Source: Atractiella rhizophila
Taxonomy: Eukaryota
Assembly: GCA_021432655.1 (NCBI GenBank)
Contig: MU271328.1
Location: 62,001-91,465 of the forward strand
Direction: 5' to 3'
DNA length: 29,465 nt
Under the pieces are notes generated by a model. It did no database searches. It was given only the letters and a program-made list of their open reading frames with translations, and had not been told where the DNA came from. Shown one piece after another: positions 1 through 12,055 of this stretch; the first letter of the stretch is position 1, and every line of letters starts with the position of its first letter. Made by a program: the position numbers and the translations under genes.

Positions 1-472
1 TCTTCTCCTGGTTCTCCAACTATTGGACGTGCCAATCGGTCTCGCACAAGTCGACGATGTTCAACCCGCTCAAGCTCGTTCAGAATAGTTTGGATCGGGT
101 CATCCCCAGGCATAGAAGTGCCGTCGCAGCCGGAAGGAGGTTGTGAAGGAATATGGTGTGAGAGGTTGATGTTATGTTCATTGTTGTTGCTCTAAAGCTC
201 TCTTAGGATCTTAGGACAATTAACCTGAAATAACGACATACCAGCGGCCCAACCTCAGATCCATCCAAGAAATCATCCTCCATTTCTCCCTGTTCCTCCA
301 TATCTCTAGCAGAGATGTCTTCTTGCCCTATGCCTCCCATCATAGCCTGATCTGCTTCTCGATACGGAGCATGGCGGTTATAGGAGCTCTTGCCAACCCT
401 TCTCCATTCTCCTCCGCAATATTTCGTGCAGTTACACTCCCAAATATTGTTCTCACCATCTCCTTTGGCCAT
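1..472 (-). CDS. 5' part of an intron-containing gene running off the left edge; N-terminus resembles fungal CACTA/En-Spm-type transposase leaders
   Basis: ATG at 472 gives MAKGDGENNIWECNCTKYCGGEWRRVGKSSYNRH (C-x-C-x3-C...H cluster) followed by an acidic stretch. A GT..AG intron at 241-192 (GTATGT...TTTAG) restores an open frame to position 1. The family assignment is an inference from the motif only. Confidence 0.45.
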
Positions 473-627
473 CACAGATTTTGGGGTAGATTTAGAGCAG
501 TTGGAAGGACTCAATGGCGCAGAATTATGGGACTCACGTGCGTACGTCAACTTCATTCTTCTTCCACGACGACCTGGATATTTCCTCACTATTTTTCCTT
601 ACTAATTTACGGCAGTACCTCTTTAAT

Positions 628-1660
628 ATGTCTTCAAATCGTTCCTACAACTATGACGAGGCTGATGATGATATAGGAGGTGCTTTTATGTCCTGGTCAG
701 ATAATGAAGGGTATGGGGACTTGTCCGTTCAGGGATATTCATGAAGCCCATCCGTCCTTCCTTCCACAGTCCTTCTAATGTTATCCATCTGATAAATCTG
801 TGGCCAGAGTCTGATGTTGACCCATATGAACACCTTACAATGCTCCCTCCGTCAACTGGTCTGTCACGGCACACGCAGAGGGGTGATGTTTCTCGTACAC
901 CTTCCTCCCAACCTTCAGTCCCTCCGCAAAGTCAAAAGCCCTTCTCTGAGCTTTCTGAACAAGACTGGCTGAAGATTCAACAGGCGGATGAACATGCTTT
1001 CTCCTTTGTCAATGGGTAGAGGCCAGGCATGGGGTTAAATGTTTTATATCTTGTTTCTTACTTCTTCTTTTGATATTCAGAGTGATTTTGATTATGGTGG
1101 AGAGACTCCTCCCACTATCCCATTGAACAATGATTCAGGTGGAATGAGAAAGAAAAAGGCTGCTGGGGCCCAGTCTGATGTTGCTTTGGAGCATAGACCA
1201 TGTGGAGATAAGTACTTCAATGAGCAAGATGAAAATGAGCTCTATCAATGATACTATGGATTAGTGGGAGAGATGAGGATGTAGGTGGTGAGATCAATTA
1301 TTTAGGTGTACATTTCATCTGTATTTATATTTTGATTATTTATTTCTGTTTGAAGATAGAAGAGCTACCTCCAGCTGAGAAAGATTGAGTGAAAGCTTTT
1401 AATCTCTTCAAAAAAGCTGGAATGACTCGCAGATGCTTCAATATGTTGCGAGACACATGGCCAGACAGGCTGGACATTATAGGATGGACATTCCAAGCCT
1501 GCCAAGGCTTATACAAAAACTTGAGAAGCTCACTGACCTGCTAATGAAAGAGTTTGAGTGTTGTGTGACTCACAAGTGAATTTTAACTGCCCTTTGTATG
1601 AGAGCTATCAGCAGTCTCCATACTGTAATGAGCCTCGTTATGAACAGCGAAAGGAAACAA
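628..1660 (+). pseudogene. CACTA/En-Spm-type (Transposase_21 family) transposase N-terminal fragment, 3'-truncated
   Basis: Acidic low-complexity N-terminus with probable introns (~1016-1080, ~1306-1355). At 1357-1660 it reads KAFNLFKKAGMTRRCFNMLR...KLEKLTDLLMKEFECCV and, after a frameshift, ...SPYCNEPRY, matching the CC..C...CP.C.EPRY zinc cluster that precedes the Tnp2 core. Stops and frameshifts are present. Confidence 0.6.
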
Positions 1661-3179
1661 ATTGCTAAAAAGGTATGTATGCTTTGATCAGTCAGGAGGT
1701 CCTGGTTTATGGAAAGATGTTACAGAGTCTCTCTTTGTCGAGCTCTTTTATGATACATGGATTCCAAGCAATGATATCATCGTTAAGAACACCACAAGCT
1801 GCAAGTCTCATCCAGATTTACCCATCAACAGCTACACCAATGAGCCAATGGATGTATGGGCTGTAATCGATCCAGTTCGAGCAGATACAACATATGAGGA
1901 ACTGATGGAACTTTGTCTTCAAAGTCTCAATTTGAATATTTCCCACCTAGCAGGACACATCCTATTTCTTTACAAATAATCTTTCATGTTTTGAGAGCTC
2001 CAGGTGTTTGTTTTATCACTTCCTCCAAAAAATGCCACACCATTTCGATATCCCGAAGAAAGTTAATTCAATTTCTCTTCTTCTATAGAAGTAAAGACAA
2101 TACAAAGTCCAAAATGAAGAAGATGGTTTTTAGAATGGATATTGTGTGGACATACTAATCTCTGCCAAGAATTGGCTACAACCATTGGAACATGCACCAG
2201 AAGAGGATGCCGTTCACATTGAAGACCATCTATTTGACGACAATAGGAACATGGTTGGAAATAATGAAGACGAGATTAGGGATGGGATTAGGGATGGAAG
2301 GATGAATAAGGGTTCTCATAGCTTTCAATCTCTCTAGGCACTCAGAGTTCACCAAGGAAAGTTGAATCATTTCAAACCATTCCAGATAATTCTGTTCTAT
2401 CAAACTTTTCCCAATAGATTTGACTGTTGAGAATTTGGCACACCTCTACCTGAAGATTTGGTAAGGTCATCAGATGCATCTGAAGGATTGTTATCTGGTG
2501 CAGACACTTGTACAAAGGACGACTGTAGGAGGTGTGCAAGGAGGAATATGTGAAGCAAGCATTGATTAAAGGTTGCTATAGTAAAGGAGAAAAAGTCAGT
2601 TGAGAGTCAAAGCCCATCATTCACATTGAGAAGGTGAACAAGGCCAACGGATGAGGTTAAAGATCAAGGGAAATTGGGAAGAAATAGGACGATGATGGAA
2701 TTCAAGACGGATGCAGAATAGAGCACACAAGGGTTTGTGATGGAATGAAAAGCCATGTGATGAGGACAAGAGGCTGGAGGCAGAAATGGACAGTTGAGCG
2801 AGTTCCCGAGGTCATGCCAGCAAACTGGTAACCCTGAGGTTTTGCGCAGGTGGCCATAGGCCGCACGCTCAAAAGGGTTTTGCGCTCAATTTCAGGGAGA
2901 TCTGCACTTATCGGGCTGCAACACAAAAGAGGTCGACCTCAAATATTCTTGAATGCGAAAATGTAGTAATGATTAATGATTCATATTAAATACAATTTAG
3001 ACTGATCCAGTGTCTATGAAATGAATGTGTCTGTCTCTGAAGCAAAAATAAAAAAAAATAAAAGATATAGGTACATGGAAACTTGAAATGTAATCATACC
3101 TTCAGACATCAATACCCAAAATGTGTTTTCCTATTAAGTAGCTTGAATATAACATATGTAATGCTGTTGTTGCTCTGTA

Positions 3180-3700
3180 TAACATGTAATAACGATGAGT
3201 GAATGTTAAAAAGTGGAGCGAAAAATACTCACGTTCATATATCAAAAAAAAAATACAATTTGCTATTACTTCACCATTATCCATTACATTTCAGGGGTGA
3301 GTAGGGCGAAACAAAACCTGAGAGTCAGCTACAACCATGTATAATTCATAGTAAGAATGAGCTAATATCAAAAAGTGGAGGAAAAATACACACCTATATT
3401 ATCAAAAATACAATTCCCCGTTGCTTCGCTATTATACATTTTATTTTAGATGTGAGTACGGTAAAGCATGAGAATGAGGGCTAGCCGTCACTACATATAA
3501 TACGTATTGAGAATGCCGAATCTTAAAAAAAGCAGAGGACAAAATATGCACCTCATATATGTCAAAAATGCAATTCGCCATTGCTTCGCCATTATCCATC
3601 GTATCTCAGGCATGAGTACGTCAAATGCAAAGCTTGAGAGCTAGCTATCACGCGTATAAGCACTATTAGCATTGAGGGGATATTAACAAAGCAGAGTGTC
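3180..3700. repeat. Degenerate AT-rich tandem repeat, ~155-160 bp unit, about 3 copies plus partial flanks
   Basis: Units start near 3209, 3370, 3525 and 3685 with AAAG(T/C)(G/A)GAG. The three full units share tcaaaaa..t(a/g)caatt, ttgcttcgc(c/t)attat-like and tgagta blocks in the same order. Confidence 0.85.
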
Positions 3701-3879
3701 AACTCACATTATTTACATTGTCCGAATCTGCAACAGAGCATTCAGTCCTCTTGCAACTGCAGTTGTAATTGATCAAATAAAAGCACAAAATTTGCCTTTG
3801 TTTCATAATAATTGATGCCATTTTTATAGAAAATTTCACACATGAAGGCTGGTGCATATGTCCCAGACTGAAAATCACA

Positions 3880-4280
3880 AATGATATCCATTTGTATCTG
3901 ACTATTCTTGATAAGTTAACCACTACTTTCTCTTCCCTGCTTCAATACGCAATCCAGATCTCCGATACCGATATAACGGATGTCCTCATTTTCAACCTCG
4001 CGGAGGACTGGGGGAACCTTGCTGGAACATTAATGGCGACTAAGGAAGAGTTGTCCATTCAAGATATTATTGGTGCTCTCAGGGATGAGGAAGGGAGAAG
4101 AGGAGGTTCAGGGGAGTCAAGAGGAGGAACTGGGGAGGCACTCCTCACTAACGCGAGAAGGTTCAGAAGGCGTGATCACTCAAGTTCCGATCGACAAATC
4201 AATTGCTGGGTCTGTGGGGACTCCGGATATTTGGCACGAGATTGTTCCGAGAAGGCATTGGCGAAAAGAAGGATAGGTCG
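3880..4280 (+). pseudogene. Ty1/Copia gag fragment (UBN2-type capsid region plus zinc knuckle)
   Basis: ORF 3892-4410 reads ...ISDTDITDVLIFNLAEDWGNLAGTLM...LSIQDIIGALRDEEGRR...CWVCGDSGYLARDC, a CX2CX4HX4C knuckle with H>Y. Confidence 0.8.
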
Positions 4281-4544
4281 GAAGCGCGCCTTACTGAGTC
4301 ATTTTAATTGTGGAGACCTCAAGATCCGTCGAAGTTTGGCGCAAAAGGCGGCTGGGAATCAATTGCAAAAGTGTGGCTTTGATCCTTCGACGTTGTGGCA
4401 TCTGGGGTAAAGAGAATTGCTGGAATAAGGGGGAGTGAGGAGCTTTCAATTGTTATTGAAGTGTGTTCTTTTTTTAAAAAGTTTGTTTCTTTGGTTGGGT
4501 ACCTGTAGTTCCATCGTGGCACCTCATTTGCTCAAGAGGGAGTT

Positions 4545-4709
4545 TGTCAGAGTTTGGCACCGTTTTAAGCTGCATTCTTGCCACTGTCATCTGTGGCTCT
4601 AGTTTTCTTTCCTCTTTGCCGTTTCCCTCATTTTGCCGAGTTCCTTAAGGTATAAAAAGCCCATTATAACTTCATTGTAATTTATTCCTTTCGACCCTTG
4701 GAATCAACA
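4545..4709 (+). mobile_element. Probable Copia-type 3' LTR preceded by a polypurine tract
   Basis: AAGAGGGAG (4534-4542) lies just before TGTCAG at 4545. TATAAAA occurs at 4651 and the segment ends ...TCAACA at 4709. There is no second copy in the window to confirm the ends. Confidence 0.5.
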
Positions 4710-5036
4710 AATGTGTGTGCAATGGTTACATGGATAATCCCTGTAACCCTCTTGATGTCGAGCTCGAATTGCGGCACTTGCACACTTGACTGTTGGCTGC
4801 TCATAAAAATAGAGGATCAATGATCGAGAAATTATTGGCTGGAATCAAAACACATCGTCATGACAAGCCAGAAAGAAGGGATGAATCATTGGTAAACATT
4901 CAACATACCGAATCCGTCACCACCAACTCTTCTCTCACTGTTGCTTTGAGTGAGTAAGTGGCAACAACCCCTTTTCCATCAGACCCTTGCTCTACACCTC
5001 TAGTAACCTATATGGATCTAAGTGAGGGCAAGGGAA

Positions 5037-6906
5037 CTAAGTACGATGGGGACATATCTTTTGCTTCTTGTTTCTCCGCTTTGGCCCCTGCTTCTTTTGA
5101 AGATTGTCCGCCACTTCGTCATTGTCAATCTCTCTTGCCGGGGGTTCCACTTCAAGGTCTAGCAGGACAACATCAGAGTGTTCAGATTCATCCTGAAAGA
5201 CTGTGTCTTCTCCGACGTGGTTAACCAGACCTTCCGCAGCCAAAGCTACATAAATATGCTGGGCAGCAGAGCACACATCACCCTTCCATGCATCGAGCAA
5301 GACTTTGGGGACTACCTGCGAGGCATTCAGTAGCAGAGCATCCCACAGAGTACGAAGGCGTTTGATGCCCTGCTGAAAACCGGTATCAGCCTGTGTAGGT
5401 CGCCAACCGGAGAATGCCAAGTGGAATGGGTCTTCATTGTCTTCTGCTGTAGATTCAAGGTCATGAAGAAGTGATGCCGCCTTATTAAAAGTGGAGCATT
5501 GACCGGATACCTGCCTTTGTAGTTAGCCCATACATTATCCAGAGAAAATGAAGGAATGTATGGTGGCAAAAAGCAAGGACCGACGTACATAGTCATTGTG
5601 CTTTCATGTTGTGAGAGGCACTTAAGAGAAGCTGGAGATGCTCATAGCCAGGAATGTTAGACAGCCTGTCTTGCCAATCAGATTAGTATTGGCGTATCCA
5701 ATGAAGTGCAAAAGATCCTCACTCCGCCTTTCACTCCTTCCTTTTGAGTTTGTCACTGAGAGCTGTGTTATCCTTGTTATTCTTCTTCACCATATCAATG
5801 AGGGTTCGCTGCCATGATGGTCTGGTGGTGGTGGGTTCGGCCATTTTACGACACCTTTGATCAAGGAACAAATATGAGGTGGTTGTTGACAAGGGAATAA
5901 GGAAGGAGAGGCAGCTTTTATGACGGAAAGAGTGCTCGGACGAGGTTTGGTAGAATTGCAGCATTTACATTGTTGATACACTAAAGGGCATGATCAGCAT
6001 TTCAATATCTTGGATCAGTGAAAGAAAAGTGCTCACACAATGAAACAAACCTGAAACTAGCATGGGCAGGCACAAACAAGTGAGAACCAGGTGGATTCCC
6101 AACCTTCTGAGACACAGAGCGGGGCTTCTTCACACTCTGAATAAGGTGTAGCAAGGCCTGCAAGCGCAAGTCAATCTCAAACTCATCTAAGAACTTAGGC
6201 AGGAAAGGCTACATACCTTCTGCATCCACCAGCAAGCAGCCCAAGCTCCATTCCAAAATCGCTATATCCAACCAAACCATCCTACCGGCGGCCGTCATCT
6301 ATGTTATTCTGGGGTGGATGGGACGGTGCACTCCTCCCCCTCATCATCGTCCACCTCGTCGTCTTTCGTCTGTGTGGACGGACGGGTCCGGTTACCAAGA
6401 CTGGACACCGTCCAGCTGGAAATGCCGGCACGACAGCCATCCCTACTTCAACTTACATCCTCATCCAGTCCACCAGTGCCGTTAGTTGAGAGCATGAGAA
6501 TTCTTTGTTCTATTGAGGCAGAAAGGTGCTCTTCCCAACCCCTCACACTCTGTCCAAACTCACCAATGACTTCGACTTTGACAACGATGACCTGCATTTC
6601 CGGGTTTCTCATTCAAATGCTTTGAGAGAACAGGAACAAACCCATTCTCCCACATTGGTAAGCTTTCTTTTTCCTTTCCACTCCCAAATTTCTATCTGAT
6701 GGAGTTCCTCGTATACGTTTCTTCACATCCAAAGAATAGGAAGAAGGATACCATAATGTGTACAGCAATGGTCTCCTGTTATTGCTCTACTCTGTCTAAT
6801 ACATCTGTCATTGTAACCTTTGGAAAGCGAAACTGACACAGCCCCTACGTTGTCAACTTCCTCCGCCCTGTATCGAAAACTCCCCCGATCCAGTTCACAA
6901 TGCGGG
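5037..6906 (-). pseudogene. Degraded, probably intron-containing coding relic of unknown family
   Basis: Several protein-like minus-strand ORF pieces (5037-5420, 5327-5596, 5731-5964) are broken by frameshifts. I recognise no domain. Confidence 0.25.
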
Positions 6907-7417
6907 TGTAGCGGCTCTCATGGTGGGGATGGGACGTTGAGTGGAGATAATGGATATATATGTTAGTTTCATTCTATGGATTGTACATGTTTATGCCTGC
7001 CATAGGTGCCAGCTCACGAAGAAGATGAAAATAGGTGGCAGGCTGAATAAAATGGTGATATGATATGAGTGAAATGATAAGAAATATGAGATATGATCTG
7101 ATAATACTGTAGCTAAACCCCTTAGGGTTCAGGATCCCTCGTGTGAAAGCATTCAAGGCATTGGTTGTGGAAGTATCCACCTATTCTCACTCCGGTTAAT
7201 GGTTCCAAAATCCAAGACTGCACATTTGCTAATTCTTCTCCATCGATGTTTCCTCTTTTCCTGACGCTTTTGAACGGGCCAAACCACCTGACTTCGAGTT
7301 TTCGTGAGTGTTGTGTGTGGATAGTGCTGTCCAGCACCATGACGAGGTCATTCACCTTGAAATTGACTGGGTTCGCATGTTTTTCGAAATTCTCCTTCAT
7401 TTTTGCCATGTACCTGA
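6907..7417 (-). mobile_element. Truncated 3' end of the same Ty3/Gypsy family: LTR 6907-7004, 3' UTR and integrase C-terminus
   Basis: Colinear with 8871-~9377. The LTR runs tgtagcggctctc...tgcctgccata. ORF 7122-7409 reads FKVNDLVMVLD...RKLEVRWFGPFK (GPF/Y module of Gypsy integrase). Confidence 0.9.
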
Positions 7418-8870
7418 ATGATACCTATACCTGCGAGACAGAAATAGGACGATCAAGACTATGATCTAGCGAGTGAGGTCAAGAAACTCGTCTCGAGGTG
7501 TAGCTGCTATTTTGAACATGTGGGGTCTAGGAGATGCAGTTTCAAGAGATATAAGACTCACCATAAATAACTGGTGATTTGCGATGAATGGCAAATTTAA
7601 TTTCATGGAGAGAACGGAAACAAGCAGCTGACAAATGGGACAAGAAACTCGAACCTGAGTTGTCAAAGCCTATTTTCTAACTTTGATTGGATTTGACACT
7701 AGCTACGGATGAACTGTGAAGAATTAAGATGGCAAGGAGGAAGAAATAGGCATCGGTAATAAAGTCTCTTCCATCATGAAGAAGACAAAAAAGGGTTGTC
7801 AAATTATGGTTTCCAAAGAAAATCACAGGGAAACAAACCAGTCCATTCCCCCTCAGACTGGATCTACAAACAGCCATTTGTTGTTAGATCTCGATCAACG
7901 GCCGTTCTCAGGGTCATTGAACCTTACGTTTTTGATCAGAACGGTCAATTTATGGACACACATCAATGGAATGGAATAAGAAACATGGAACGGAAAGGTG
8001 CCTCCTACTGATCCAGTAGATTGCTAGGAATAACTGCTATCATCCATGTTCATGAAAATGGCTGTGGTGTATGAATCCCAGTTTCATCCATCAAAGCTAC
8101 CAAAATGTCCGAGTATTGAGGTTCAGGAATGACCGTGCGTGACTCACCGTCAGCAGGTAGGGAGATACTAAACCTGTTGGTTTCTCTAAGAACAACTTGG
8201 CAGTTGTTAAGAATCACTGTCATCCGCTTTGATCCAATCGAACGACCAAGGAACACAAGCTTCAATCGAAAAAATAACGTGTCCCAATCAATTCATAAGG
8301 TTCACAACTTCTGACCACTAGAATGGTTACGCAGATCCCGGTTTTTTTGCTCACGTTCCTTTTTACTCCCTATTGCTTAGAAGTTTCTCAAACAGTTAAT
8401 GTGATGTGTTCCATATTTGCGCAAAATGCTCCTCCAGATTGTAAGACAATGCAAGCATCACAACAATATCTCTCCCTTACCGCCATCTCTAGCTCTTCTA
8501 ATCCTATGTCTGCCGTGTCAAGACAAGAAAATCCTGCCTCTCAGAATCCTGATAAATTGAGAAGCACCTGCATTGTAAACCTACACCCCAAGATTAGTGA
8601 GCCAAAGCGAGTGCGGGAAAAGGAGGGCGAAGAGGAGGAGGACACGGTTGTAAAGAAACAGAGGAAGAAGGAGCTGCAAATACCGGAGGAGGATTTAGAA
8701 GCCTTTAGGGAACATGAACTACAAGAGAGGAAGACCCAATGGAGAATTAAGAACCGTATAAACGAGAAGACTCCTGCAAACAAAACCAGATCTCGAAAGA
8801 AGGTGGAAAATTTGTTGGCAGAAGGCACTGGAGCAGTTGCAGGAGATGAGACTGGAGCTGACGCTGACGC

Positions 8871-8966
8871 TGTAGCGGTTCTCGATGTGGGGATGGGAAG
8901 TGAGTGGAGATGGTGGATCAATGTTAGTTTTCATTCTATGGATTGTACATGTTTGTGCCTGTCACA
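8871..8966 (-). repeat. 3' LTR (96 bp)
   Basis: tgtagcggttctc...tgcctgtcaca; differs from 13462-13557 at about 4 positions. Confidence 0.9.
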
Positions 8967-9073
8967 GGTGCCGGCTCACGAAGAAGATGAAAATAGGTGC
9001 CAGGCCGAATAAAATGGTGGTATGGGGTGGGTGGAGTGATAACAAATATGAGATATGATCTGATAATGCTGTA

Positions 9074-10487
9074 GCTAAATCTCTTCCGCTTCAGGATCCC
9101 TCGCATGAAAGCGTTTAAGGTGTTGGTTGTGGAAGTATCCACCTGCTCTCACTCTGGTTAATGTTTCCAAAAACCAGGACTGCATTTTGCTGATTCTTCT
9201 CCATCAATGTTTCCTCTTTTCCCGACGATTTGAACGGTCCAAACCACCTGGCTTCGAGTTTTCGCGAGTGTTGCATGCAGACAGTGCTGTCCATCAGCAT
9301 GACGATGTCATTCACCTTGAAGTTGACTGGGTTCGCATGTTTATCGAAATTCTCCTTCATTTTTGCCGTATACTTGACCCTGTTAATGAATGCTTGTTCT
9401 CTTTTTGCCTCCAATTGTCCTAGATATACCTCGATCTCCTTTCTTGTCGGTTCCTTGTCGCCTTCCACCAGGTCCCTCACGTCCTCCGACGTAAGCGTGC
9501 ACCGGCGATGCGTTCCATCCATGGAGTAGCTCCGTGGGCATGAATCCGTGGCTCCTAATCTTGTCTCGGTTGAGGGAGTTTATGTCTTCGTCCAACCTGA
9601 GGGCCCAAGTGCTGCTCATGTCTGTTTCCCCTGTGGGTGCATTTTTCCTGCATCGCTCGAGGTAGATGTGGTTTTTGTTCTCCAGAAATCCATTCGTCGA
9701 TGATTGCAGAGCCGGTGTGAAGTGTGCAATCGTCCCAACTTCCCTGATTCTCGCTTTGAGTTCCTCGTTGTTGAAGGTTCCACCTCCATTGAACATCACA
9801 TGAAGTGGTGGGCCGGCATGGTTTACGACTTTGTTGAAGATGCGTACCCCAAGCTCAGCTTTCTCGTTCGACGACATTACGGCCCATCGAAATCCAGTGA
9901 AGTGATCGCATGCTGTCGCTACCTTGCAGACCGGTTTCCCAAACATACGCACTATTTTGCACTCTGGGAGTGTGAGGACATCGAAAGAGAGAGGGAGAGT
10001 GGAGCGAGCTTGAGTATCGGGTGGAGGAGGAAGTTTCGGCTTGACGTTGGCATGATGGGCATGAAAGGACATATCCTGTGACATCAGCTTGCATCGTTGG
10101 CCAGTAGTGCTTCTGTTTGATGTGCCAGAGGGTTAGATCCCGTCCTGCGTGGCGTTGTTGTTCGTGTGCTGAAATGACGAGATTTTTTACTTCTCTTCTT
10201 GGAACGCATTTGTATTCCCTTCCCTTCTGGACGAACAGGAGTTCCCCTTTTCGATAGACGTACGAGGTTGCTCGTCGACAGATGGCTTCTTTCAGGTGTT
10301 TGGGAGTTCCGTCCTTGAGTGAGAGGAATAGGATCAGGTGAAGGATTCCCTCGAATACCTCATCTCCTTCAAATCTCTTGAGCAACTCCTTTACCTCCGG
10401 ATCCTCCTTAACCATCATTGCCCATTGCTTCCCCCCCCCAGTGCTTCTTGGAACGACTCGTCCTTTAACCCTTCTGTCTCCATCCAT
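9074..10487 (-). pseudogene. Gypsy integrase: H2C2 zinc finger, rve core and GPF C-terminus; frameshifted
   Basis: AHEQQRHAGRD...YWPTMQADVTGYVLSCPSCQ; SFDVL...CDHFTGF...FNGGGTF (catalytic D>N)...TNGFLENKN; HGFMPTELLHG; RWFGPFK. Confidence 0.92.
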
Positions 10488-10525
10488 GAATCTGATGTAA
10501 CCTTCTCAGCTTCTCCCACAGGTGC

Positions 10526-12055
10526 TCAGGACATCATATCGCAGCAATAGTTCACACTACCTGAGACGTGTTCAATGCAGCGGATATTGTGGGTGAATAG
10601 ACATTCCCTCCATCGCTCGTGCGCAGGACTCAGCTTCTCATTTTTGAGTATGGTTAGGAGTGAGGGACAATCGGTTTTGACGACAATTGGGAATCCCAGG
10701 GTCAGGTCTCTCCAATAGTCTAAGCTATATTTGAGACCTGCAAGTTCAAGCAGCGAGGCTGAATAGAGCGATTTGCTTGGTATTGTCTTTCGGGATGCAT
10801 ATCCGACTGGGTGCATGATGCCATCGTCGAATTGTTGGCTGAGTGTAGTTGCGAAACCGTGTCGACATGTGTCTGATTGGACAACGAATTCTGAATCTGG
10901 AGCGAAGTGTGAAGAGCGTAAGATCGGAGCGCTGCATAACGCAAGCTTTAGGGAGCTAATAGCATGTCTATGCTGGGCGGTTAGCTTCCACCCAGGAGGT
11001 AACCGCCCTAGTGCCCGCTTGATAGCCCCTGGCTTGTTCTTTCCATCTGGCCGCTTGTCTGCTGGAGTCAGAGGAGCAGCGAGTGCGAGGGGACGAAGGC
11101 AATGTGTAATTTTCGCGAAGTTGGGGATGAGGTTTTGGAGTCCTCCAGCACCAGCTGTGCTGAGGAACCTGAGCATTTCGGCTGGGTTAGTCGGCTCTGG
11201 CATACTCATGATAGCATCAATCTTGCTTGCGTCCGCCTTTACTCCATCTTCTGCCACTACTACCTCACACCATCGTACTTGAGAGACAAAGAACTGTCCT
11301 TTCGATGCTGTGATCGATAATTTTGCTGCTCGGCAACGTTGGAGGAATTTTCTAAGGAGCAAGATTGTCTTGTCGAAAGTCTTTTCTCCTCCAAGCACAT
11401 TGTCGACCCGCCAACCTAGTCGCCCCCTGTGTTTTTGGCATAGACCTCCAAACGCGCGATCCATCATTTCCCAGTACATGCCAGGGGAACCGGTGAGTCC
11501 TAGGGCCATTACTTTGAAAGCGAACAGTCCTCTTCCAGGAGCATAGAAAGCTCTCTTCTCAATGTCCTCTTCCCGCATGAAGACAGCGTAGAAACCTCTG
11601 CACATGTCCACGTAGAAATAAAACTTGTTTCCTGCCATTTCTGCTGCTGTTTGGTTGAGCCCTGCCGCTGGACATGGAGACGATTCTGTCGCCGCATTGA
11701 GTCCCAGAAAGGCTATTACCATTCTCCATTTTGCCTTCGGTCTCAATGGGAGTTCATGCCTCCCCGGATCGTCTATCTTCTCTGGTGATTCAGCTGCCTG
11801 CTTTCCTTCGAGCCACACCATATCGAATGATTTATCGTCAGCATTTGGTTTGGGAACGATTTTGAGGTGTGCAATGTGAGGAGGTTGATATTTGGATGTT
11901 GGAAGCTGGACAATGACGTCGTCGCGCAGCATGGCATTGATTTCGTTGTCCATGAATTCGCACTGTGGACGGGTGAGAGCTCGTTGGAATGACGAGCGTG
12001 TTGGAGGCGAGTTAGGCTTGAGCTTTATTGGGAGGGAGATGCTGCTGAGCCCCTG
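10526..12055 (-). pseudogene. Gypsy reverse transcriptase plus RNase H
   Basis: WRMVIAFLGLNAAT, VDMCRGFYAV, MALGLTGSP, WRVDNVL (YxDD box mutated to VDN); RNase H VQSDTCRHG...PVGYASRK...LLELAGL...KTDC...HVSGSVNYCCDMMS. Confidence 0.95.

Noticed and set aside
2276..2292. Two TTAGGG hexamers
   Set aside because: They are separated by a spacer as part of a 12-bp duplication and are not a telomeric tract.
7420..8310. Possible degraded coding region
   Set aside because: Many stops in the frames I read and no motif I can name with confidence.
8316..8320. CACTA pentamer as a transposon end
   Set aside because: No matching TAGTG end with a TSD was identified, and the downstream gene is MULE-like.
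8323..9012. 229-aa ORF as a standalone gene
   Set aside because: It is a chimera: the MULE N-terminus reads into the Gypsy LTR at 8871.
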